A DNA stretch of 32,000 bases, from positions 3,806,497 through 3,838,496 of the forward strand of contig NC_003902.1 in the NCBI RefSeq assembly GCF_000007145.1, given 5' to 3'. The stretch is from Xanthomonas campestris pv. campestris str. ATCC 33913 (lineage in GTDB: Bacteria; Pseudomonadota; Gammaproteobacteria; Xanthomonadales; Xanthomonadaceae). Below the pieces are notes generated by a model. The model made no database searches, had not been told where the DNA came from, and saw only the letters and a program-made list of their open reading frames with translations. The translations under genes and the position numbers were made by a program. This document shows, one piece after another, positions 25,581-32,000 of the stretch. Position 1 is the stretch's first letter. Each line of letters starts with the position of its first letter.

Positions 25581-26032
25581 CGCCGCCCCTGCATCAGGCG
25601 AAGGAAGCGCTGGCGTGCCAGCTGCTCCACCGCCGCAAGATCGCTCACTGCCGGGTCACGTTGAAACCCACCGTCCAGCAACACACGGCCGGGCCCCTGC
25701 GAAAACGCGTGGCCTTTGCGGCCATCCAGCAACTGCAGCCAGGCCTCGCCCTGCAGCCGATCGGCCTGCGGGTCGACCGTGCGCGCGGCACGCCGCAGCA
25801 ACGCCGACAGCGCCGCCAGCCGCTGCGCCGGTGTGCTGGCCGCCTGCAGCGCAGCGTCGAAGGTCGCCGCCCAGCGTTGGGCACGCCGGTGGCGACGCCA
25901 CCACCACAAAGCCAACGTGCCCAGCACCAGAACGATTGCCGCGATCACCAGCCACCAGCCCAAGGCCAGCGGCCACCACGACGGTGATGGCGGCAGGTGC
26001 ACATCGCGCAGCGGAAGGGTGTCGGGCGTCAC
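25577..26032 (-). CDS. DUF4381-like small membrane protein
   Basis: The 151-aa protein has a single Trp-rich TM (WWPLALGWWLVIAAIVLVLGTLALWWW), and its position between the DUF58 and BatA genes is as in MoxR/Bat operons. The GTGA start overlaps the upstream stop. Confidence 0.7.
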   Translation of the reverse strand: MTPDTLPLRDVHLPPSPSWWPLALGWWLVIAAIVLVLGTLALWWWRRHRRAQRWAATFDAALQAASTPAQRLAALSALLRRAARTVDPQADRLQGEAWLQLLDGRKGHAFSQGPGRVLLDGGFQRDPAVSDLAAVEQLARQRFLRLMQGRR

Positions 26033-27000
26033 CGCGATGACCCCTGCACCTTAGAGATGCTGCCGCCCAGCCAGGCATCGCTGGCATCGGCCGTGGACAG
26101 ACGGTGCAGGCGCACACCACGCGCCTGCAGCAGCGTCGACAACCGTTCCAGCGGCGCAACGAATTCGGCATTCCACTGCGCGCGCCCGGCCTGCGTGGTG
26201 AGGTCCACGGTGATCCGTTGCCCGCCCGCGTCGAAGGTGAGCGCACGCGCGGGCGGTGCCAGCTCCAGTGGATCCACCAGCACGATCACCACCACCTCGT
26301 GATGCAGGGCGAGCCCCGACCAGCGCGACTCGGGCACCGCGGCGGCACTGCGTGCATCGGCGAGCACGGTGAGGCGCGCGCCCGGGCGTAACAGGCGTGC
26401 CGCATGGTCGAGCCCGACCTGCAACCCGGCATCATCGGCCGGCGGCTGCGCATACCACCGCGCCAAGGCATCCAGCACCGGCAACACCCCGCGCTGCCCG
26501 GCGCGTGGCGCAATCGGCGCTTCGCTCGCGGTGCCACGCAACGCGGCAATCCGGTCGCCCTGCCGCTGCGCCAGCCAGGCCGCCACGGCACCGGCGCGTG
26601 CCGCCTGCACCGACTTGTAGCGCACCCGGGTGCCGAAGAAGAGCGCGGGCGCGGTGTCGGCCACGATCAGGCTCAACCGCTCGCGTTCGGCCTGAAACAA
26701 CTTGGTGTGCGCGCGTCCGGTGCGTGCGGTGACGCGCCAGTCGATATGCCGCGCATCATCGCCGGCCACGTACTCGCGCGACTCGGCGTATTCCATGCCA
26801 CGCCCGCGTGTTGCCGCCGGCACCGGACCCACCAACCCATGCCGGCCACGGCCCGGTTGATGCCGCTGGCGAGCGGCACCGCGCAACGCAATCAACTCGG
26901 CCAGCTGCGGACGCACGCCATCGCCAGCGACGGACAACGGGGCAGCAGCAGACGGCGAGGACGGCATCGAGGCGATCGGCTTCGGGCGAAAGGGCGGCAT
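26029..27000 (-). CDS. DUF58 family protein (VWA-like, MoxR-associated)
   Basis: The hallmark motif EYAESREYVAGDDARHIDWRVTAR is present, and the gene sits immediately downstream of the MoxR ATPase gene. Confidence 0.85.
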   Translation of the reverse strand: MPPFRPKPIASMPSSPSAAAPLSVAGDGVRPQLAELIALRGAARQRHQPGRGRHGLVGPVPAATRGRGMEYAESREYVAGDDARHIDWRVTARTGRAHTKLFQAERERLSLIVADTAPALFFGTRVRYKSVQAARAGAVAAWLAQRQGDRIAALRGTASEAPIAPRAGQRGVLPVLDALARWYAQPPADDAGLQVGLDHAARLLRPGARLTVLADARSAAAVPESRWSGLALHHEVVVIVLVDPLELAPPARALTFDAGGQRITVDLTTQAGRAQWNAEFVAPLERLSTLLQARGVRLHRLSTADASDAWLGGSISKVQGSSR

Positions 27001-27020
27001 ACCGCAGCAACGCTACCCGA

Positions 27021-28040
27021 TCAGGGCAGCGGAATCTTTTCCAACAGCGCGGCGACCAGACGTTCGCCATCCCAGCCTTCGGCGGTGGCTTCGTAGCTGG
27101 GCAGCACGCGATGGCGCAGCACGTCCGGCGCGATGGCGCGGATATCGTCCGGGGTCACGTAATCGCGGCCGGCCAACCACGCACGTGCGCGCGCGCAGCG
27201 TTCCAGCGCGATCGAGCCACGCGGGCTTGCGCCCCAGGCGATACGCCGCGCCAGCGCAGGGTCGTAACGCTGCGCATCGCGCGACGCCAGCACGATCTCG
27301 ATCAGGTAGCGCTCGAGCTGCGGCGCAAGATGCACATCCAGTACCACGCGGCGTGCGGCGAACACATCCTCCAGCGGAATCTTGTCCGGCACCGTCGCAT
27401 GCTTTTCCAGGGTGTCGCGTGCGGTTTCACGCGCCAGGCGCAGGATCTCGGCCTCCGCATCGGCCTGCGGATACCCGATCCGCACATGCATCAGAAAGCG
27501 GTCCAACTGCGCCTCCGGCAGCGGGAACGTGCCCTCCTGCTCGATCGGATTCTGCGTGGCCATCACCAGGAACAGCTGCGGCAAGGCATAGGTATGCCGG
27601 CCCACCGTGACCTGCCGCTCGCCCATCGCTTCCAGCAGCGCCGACTGCACCTTGGCCGGCGCACGGTTGATTTCATCGGCGAGCAAAATCGGATGGAAGA
27701 TCGGCCCGGGCATGAACTCGAAGCGCCCTTCCTGCGGCCGCCAGATCTCGGTGCCGGTCAGATCGGCCGGCAGCAGGTCTGGCGTGAACTGGACGCGCGC
27801 AAAATCGGTTTCCAGCCGTGAGGCCAGTGCGCGGATGGCGGTGGTCTTGGCCAGACCGGGCGCGCCCTCCACCAGCAGGTGGCCGTCGGCCAGCAAGGCG
27901 ATCAGCAGCCGCTCGACCAACGCGGACTGCCCCACGATGCGTTGCGCCAGCGACTCGCGCAGCGCGGTGAATTGACCATGCAGCCGGTCCTCGGCGGGCG
28001 CGGCGGCGGCTTCTGGCGGAAGGAGCGGCGGTGCGTTCAT
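27021..28040 (-). CDS. MoxR-family AAA+ ATPase
   Basis: Walker A GAPGLAKT, Walker B ILLADEINRA, and MoxR-typical VMATQNPIEQEGTFPLPEAQLDRF. Confidence 0.95.
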   Translation of the reverse strand: MNAPPLLPPEAAAAPAEDRLHGQFTALRESLAQRIVGQSALVERLLIALLADGHLLVEGAPGLAKTTAIRALASRLETDFARVQFTPDLLPADLTGTEIWRPQEGRFEFMPGPIFHPILLADEINRAPAKVQSALLEAMGERQVTVGRHTYALPQLFLVMATQNPIEQEGTFPLPEAQLDRFLMHVRIGYPQADAEAEILRLARETARDTLEKHATVPDKIPLEDVFAARRVVLDVHLAPQLERYLIEIVLASRDAQRYDPALARRIAWGASPRGSIALERCARARAWLAGRDYVTPDDIRAIAPDVLRHRVLPSYEATAEGWDGERLVAALLEKIPLP

Positions 28041-28268
28041 AGACCCAGTGTGACCGATTCAAACGCGATTGGTTCACTGTGCGGGCGGAAGATGTTCAGT
28101 GAGTGACCGGGGTCATGCTCGCCTGAGGGCCCCGGCCTGCGTGATCATTCATCCATCGGCTCGCAGGCCGCCATGGGGACAAGCAGTTGGATGGGCCCTG
28201 ATGCACGTATCGCGGGCAGAGCAAGTACGTCACTTGCAGTTGTGTTTTGAGAGCACTTCACAGACCGC

Positions 28269-28298
28269 TAAAAAGAAAAAGGCCGCTTTCGCGGCCTT
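28269..28298 (-). terminator. Rho-independent terminator of the pil operon (after pilQ)
   Basis: The minus strand reads AAGGCCGC GAAA GCGGCCTT followed by TTTCTTTTT. It lies 19 nt downstream of the pilQ stop at 28317. Confidence 0.85.
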
Positions 28299-28316
28299 CT
28301 TCTATTGCCAACGCGT

Positions 28317-30263
28317 TTACCGCGCGGCGCTCGCAACCCGCAGAACCTTCGGGGTGACGAAGACCAGCAGCTCGGCCTTTTCCTTGCTGCGTCCACGCTT
28401 CTTGAACAGGTTTCCCAGGAACGGGATGTCGCCAAGGAACGGCACCTTCGCCACGCTCTCACGATCGGTAAATTCGTAGACACCGCCGATCACCACCGTC
28501 TCGCCGTCAGCCACCAGGACCGCCGTATTGACTTCGCGGCGATTGATTTCCGGCACGGTGCCGTATTGCGGCAAGGTGATGAAACGAGCAACTTCGTCCT
28601 TCTTGACATTCATGTTGAGGAAGACGCGGTTGTCGTTGGTGATCGTGGGCGTGACCTTCAGTTCGAGCAGGACTTCCTTGAACTGCACGTTGGCCTGCGA
28701 GCCACCACCTGCAACGCCGGCACCGCTGATGGTCACATAGCCGATTTCCCGGCCTTGCTTGATCACGCCTTCGCGCTGGTTGGCGGTCACGATGCGCGGG
28801 TTGGACACAACCTCGCCTCGGCCTTCTTCCTGCATCGCCGACAGCTCAATATCCAGGTTGAAGTGCGAACCCAACAACGTGTATGCGAGACCGGCTGCGC
28901 CGCTATTGGTAAAGCCACCTGCACCTAGATCAACGTTCAAACCAGAGGGGAAAAGATGCGCCGGCAGCGTTGTAACCTGACCTCCGTTAGCTTGCTCTAA
29001 ACGAGATTGTGCCGAGGTGTTGAGGTAGTTGACGTTGCTTTCCAGGGAACCACTCAAAATACCCCGACCTGTCGCTCCGGTCACGCCAAAACGCGCACCC
29101 AGATCCCGCGCAAACGTATCCGTCGCAATCACGATGCGGCTTTCGATCAGCACCTGATCTACCGGACGATCGATATGCGAAATCAGCTCGCGCATCTGCG
29201 CGACCTTCTTCGGGATATCGCTGATCATCAAGGTATTGGTGCGCTCGTCGGCCACCAGGCGACCGCGCGGCGAGAGGAAGCCATTGTCCTGCTGCCCGGC
29301 ACCACCCTGACCGCCCTGGCCACCGCCACCACCGCCGCCGCCAATGCCCTTGGCCTCGGTCAGCGCTTTAAAGATTACCGCGGCATTGTGGTAGTTGATC
29401 TGCACGTAATCGGTGATCAGGTCTTCGCGGTTTTCAATCGCGATGCGGGCGTCTTCCTTGTCCTGTTCGAACTTGGCCAGCTCCGGCTGCGGGGCAACCC
29501 AGACCACGCCGCCATCGCGGCGCTTGTCCAGGCCTTTGGCGCGCAGCACGATGTCCAGTGCCTGGTCCCACGGCACGTTCATCAGGCGCAGCGTGACATT
29601 GCCCTGCACCGTATCGGAAGCCACGATGTTGAGGTTGGATTCCTCGGCGATCAGCTGCAGCACGGTGCGCACCGGCACGTCCTGGAAGTTGAACGTCACC
29701 GGGCGGCCGCTGTAGCCGCGCGCGGCGATCTGCGCGGCCGCCTGCGTCACCGCGCTGACGCTCACGCCGCCAACGGCCGGCTGGCCCTTGCGCGGGGTGA
29801 TTTCCACCACGTATTCGTTGCCGGTCTGGTAAGCCAGCGAGTCGAATGCACCCTTGGTCGACAGCACCAGCTGCGAGCCGCCACCGGATGGCTTGACCTC
29901 GACGCGCTGCACCGGGGTGGCGAAGTCGGTGACGTTGAGCGGGCGCTGCAGTTCGGCAGGCAGGCGGGCGTTGCTGATGTCGACCAGCACGTTGTCGCCT
30001 TGGGTGCGCAGGTCGGGGCTGGCGCCCTGGCCGTCGAACTGCAGGATCAGGCGGCCTGCGCCGTCATCGCCGCGCTTGAAGTCGATCTTGGACACCGCCA
30101 GGCTGGCCGGAGCGGTCTTGGCCGGATCCTGCGCAGGCTGGGCCAGCGCGGCGGCGGCAAACGAACTGCCGCTCGCCAGCGCCAGCGCGAACCCCAGCGC
30201 GCAGGCCCGGAGCATTGCCTGGCGCCGGACCGGACGCAGGCGCTGGGCGTTGGAAAAAGTCAT
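28317..30263 (-). CDS. pilQ: Type IV pilus secretin PilQ
   Basis: The ATG at 30263 gives MTFSNAQRLRPVRRQAMLRACALGFALALASGSSFA, a signal peptide. AMIN-like N-terminal domains and a C-terminal secretin domain follow (VPFLGDIPFLGNLFK). The TTG at 30353 in the ORF track would overlap pilP by 71 nt and is rejected. Confidence 0.95.
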   Translation of the reverse strand: MTFSNAQRLRPVRRQAMLRACALGFALALASGSSFAAAALAQPAQDPAKTAPASLAVSKIDFKRGDDGAGRLILQFDGQGASPDLRTQGDNVLVDISNARLPAELQRPLNVTDFATPVQRVEVKPSGGGSQLVLSTKGAFDSLAYQTGNEYVVEITPRKGQPAVGGVSVSAVTQAAAQIAARGYSGRPVTFNFQDVPVRTVLQLIAEESNLNIVASDTVQGNVTLRLMNVPWDQALDIVLRAKGLDKRRDGGVVWVAPQPELAKFEQDKEDARIAIENREDLITDYVQINYHNAAVIFKALTEAKGIGGGGGGGGQGGQGGAGQQDNGFLSPRGRLVADERTNTLMISDIPKKVAQMRELISHIDRPVDQVLIESRIVIATDTFARDLGARFGVTGATGRGILSGSLESNVNYLNTSAQSRLEQANGGQVTTLPAHLFPSGLNVDLGAGGFTNSGAAGLAYTLLGSHFNLDIELSAMQEEGRGEVVSNPRIVTANQREGVIKQGREIGYVTISGAGVAGGGSQANVQFKEVLLELKVTPTITNDNRVFLNMNVKKDEVARFITLPQYGTVPEINRREVNTAVLVADGETVVIGGVYEFTDRESVAKVPFLGDIPFLGNLFKKRGRSKEKAELLVFVTPKVLRVASAAR

Positions 30264-30282
30264 CGTGCTATCCCCTATCACT

Positions 30283-30816
30283 TTATTGATCATCCAATGC
30301 GAGCGCGGCAGGCCGTTCCAGCCATCCACCCGCACCGTCCGGTACAAGTTCAATCAGCTCGATGCGGTCTTCGTAGACCCCGGTCACCCGGCCATCGCTC
30401 TGCCCCAGATACACACCCGGCCGCACCCGGTAGGTCACCTTGTCAGGTGCCATGACCAATGCGATCAGGCCCGAGCCACCTCCAATGGTCCCCACCATGT
30501 CGAGGGCATCGAGCGGGAAGGCTTCCAACGGCTCCTTGCGCCGGTTCGGATCCGGACGCGTGCCATTGCCGCCTTCCGCGCTGACCCAGGCATCGCTGAA
30601 CGGGTCGCGCATCACTTGCGCCGCGTATTCAAACGTTTCGAACTGCTGCATCACCGGCAACGGCTCCAGCGGCGGCGCAGGACGCGCGCGCACTTCGGCC
30701 ACCCAGGCTTCCAGATTCGGTGCATCGCCCGGGGTGCTGGTCACACCGCGGGTGCATGCCGGCAACACTGCAATTAGCGCCACGCAGGACAGGATCTTGA
30801 GCAATTTCATGGTCAT
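30283..30816 (-). CDS. pilP: Type IV pilus assembly lipoprotein PilP
   Basis: Lipoprotein signal MTMKLLKILSCVALIAVLPAC, and a PilP-like C-terminal beta-domain (YRVRPGVYLGQSDGRVTGV). The ATGA start overlaps the pilO stop. Confidence 0.85.
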   Translation of the reverse strand: MTMKLLKILSCVALIAVLPACTRGVTSTPGDAPNLEAWVAEVRARPAPPLEPLPVMQQFETFEYAAQVMRDPFSDAWVSAEGGNGTRPDPNRRKEPLEAFPLDALDMVGTIGGGSGLIALVMAPDKVTYRVRPGVYLGQSDGRVTGVYEDRIELIELVPDGAGGWLERPAALALDDQ

Positions 30817-31478
30817 TGGCCGCCCTTCTTCGCCGCGTCGGCCGCAGCCTTCTCCTGCTCGGCCATCTCCTCATCGTCCAGATAACGATAGGTCTTGACC
30901 GTGCCGGACAGCTCCAGCGCACCCCGTGGGGTGATGCCGGCCTTGGCGTCCTTGGGCTTGAGATTGATGTCGTGCATGGTCAGGATCACCACGCGCGGCA
31001 GCGAGGCCACACCGCTGACGAAGGCGCCGAACTGGTGGTAGCTGCCCACCATGCGCAGGGCGATCGGCTTCTCGGCGTAGAACTCCTTCGGCGATTCCGG
31101 ACCCGGCTGGAACAGCTCGTTGGACAGGCCGCTGGACAGCGCGGTCTGCGAGATGTCGATGATCAGGTCCGGCATTTCGGTCTTGCTGGGCAGCTGGCGC
31201 AGCATCTGCTGCAGCACCTGCTCCATCTGCGCGAGCTGCTGCTTAAGCGGCTCCAGATTCACCGCACGGCCCTGCTGGGTCTCGAACTCGGTGCGCAGCT
31301 GCGTTTCGGTGCCTTCCAGGCCTTCGAGTTCATCGCGCTTGCTGCTGATCAACAGGAACCAGGCCAGCACCATGATGAACAGGCCGACGACCACGCAGAA
31401 CACGATGCGCGCCTGCTGCGGCCAGCCGCCGATGTTGTTGAAGTCCAGATCGCTGAGCTTGAATGATTTCTTACTCAT
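30813..31478 (-). CDS. pilO: Type IV pilus assembly protein PilO
   Basis: The 221-aa bitopic protein has a TM (IVFCVVVGLFIMVLAWFLLI), a coiled coil and a PilO-like C-terminal domain (SYHQFGAFVSGVASLPRVV). The ATGA start overlaps the pilN stop. Confidence 0.9.
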   Translation of the reverse strand: MSKKSFKLSDLDFNNIGGWPQQARIVFCVVVGLFIMVLAWFLLISSKRDELEGLEGTETQLRTEFETQQGRAVNLEPLKQQLAQMEQVLQQMLRQLPSKTEMPDLIIDISQTALSSGLSNELFQPGPESPKEFYAEKPIALRMVGSYHQFGAFVSGVASLPRVVILTMHDINLKPKDAKAGITPRGALELSGTVKTYRYLDDEEMAEQEKAAADAAKKGGQ

Positions 31479-32000
31479 GACGCCGCCCCCTCCTGCGGCC
31501 GAGTGGCTTGCGCCGGTGCCGCTTGTGCGGGTGCAGGCGCGGCCGGTGCAGGCGTTGTCGCCGGTGTCGCTGCCGGTGCAGGCGCTGCGCCGGCTGGCGT
31601 GGCCGCCGGGGTTGCGCCCGGTGCCTGGCCGTCAACCGGCGCGGTACCGTTCTTGTCGGCCTCGTTCGGGTTGGCCAGCTTGACCTTCAACGTGAACACG
31701 TACGGCAAGGTCTTGGTGTCCATCGACGAAGCCGCAGGCTGGCCGGCGGCCTTGTCCTGGCTCTTGGCCTCGATGATCGACAGGTCCGGATTGGTCATCC
31801 AGCCCGAGCCTTCCAGGTTGCGCATGTAGGCACTGACGCGCGCGTTGGACTGCGAGCGCCCTTCCAGCGTGAGGATGTCGCCATCCTGCTTGATGTTGGT
31901 CAGCGCCACGCCATCGGGAATGGTGCGCACCAGCGAATCGAACAGGTGCACCATCTGCGAGCGATTGGCCTGCAGCTCCTCGATGACCTTCTTGCGGGCC
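31475..32000 (-). CDS. pilN: Type IV pilus assembly protein PilN (5' end outside the window)
   Basis: The frame is open to the window edge. The PilN core is recognisable (VHLFDSLVRTIPDGVALTNIKQDGDILTLEGRSQSNARVSAYMRNLEGSGW), followed by an Ala/Pro/Thr-rich C-terminal tail. Confidence 0.85.
   Translation of the reverse strand, partial: ARKKVIEELQANRSQMVHLFDSLVRTIPDGVALTNIKQDGDILTLEGRSQSNARVSAYMRNLEGSGWMTNPDLSIIEAKSQDKAAGQPAASSMDTKTLPYVFTLKVKLANPNEADKNGTAPVDGQAPGATPAATPAGAAPAPAATPATTPAPAAPAPAQAAPAQATRPQEGAAS

Noticed and set aside
28046-28081. Imperfect dyad CAGTGTGACCGATTC-N6-GATTGGTTCACTGTG immediately upstream of the moxR start codon, with TGTGA / TCAC half-sites reminiscent of a CRP/CLP box.
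   Set aside because: Only 10 of 15 arm positions are complementary. The spacing and second half-site do not fit TGTGA-N6-TCACA. As RNA it would be a weak hairpin. This is not enough to call a regulatory site.
1-32000. Looked for rRNA, tRNA, tmRNA, CRISPR arrays, integrase/att sites, toxin-antitoxin pairs and defence-system-like gene clusters.
   Set aside because: I saw no regularly spaced direct repeats, no cloverleaf-like conserved tRNA segments in the intergenic gaps, and no small paired ORFs or nuclease/ATPase clusters other than the well-known MoxR/VWA operon. Absence was judged by eye only. tRNAscan-SE, Infernal/Rfam and a defence-system HMM scan would be needed to be definitive.

Overview
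High-GC chromosomal segment whose gene content and order look like Xanthomonas or a close Xanthomonadaceae relative; this taxon call is an inference, since no search was run. From left to right on the + strand: a 5'-truncated acetyl-CoA hydrolase/transferase gene, a secreted PI-PLC-like phosphodiesterase next to a TonB-dependent receptor, and an L,D-transpeptidase/M23 peptidase pair. Then comes a divergent SDR/LysR pair. Next is an IS-bracketed ferric-siderophore receptor gene that is frameshifted, with an IS5-type element downstream of it and an IS3/IS407-type element in its promoter region. After that lies an S33-like alpha/beta hydrolase. The rest is a long minus-strand block: transketolase, a dicarboxylate/amino-acid:cation symporter, a six-gene MoxR-DUF58-DUF4381-VWA-VWA/TPR-BatD ('Bat'-type) operon, and pilQ-pilP-pilO-pilN (pilN runs off the window). 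No rRNA, tRNA or CRISPR array was recognised. I found no convincing new protein-coding system, because every long ORF without a family signature lies antisense to a recognisable gene. The least explained objects are non-coding. One is a 112-nt nested inverted-repeat element in an otherwise empty 541-bp intergenic gap; it carries two CsrA/RsmA-type GGA motifs, and its wobble-pair asymmetry favours the + strand. The other is a pair of inverted GGGAATC heptamer arrays right after the symporter stop codon. Coordinates of starts, IS ends and hairpins were derived by hand from the sequence and ORF track and may be off by a few bases.
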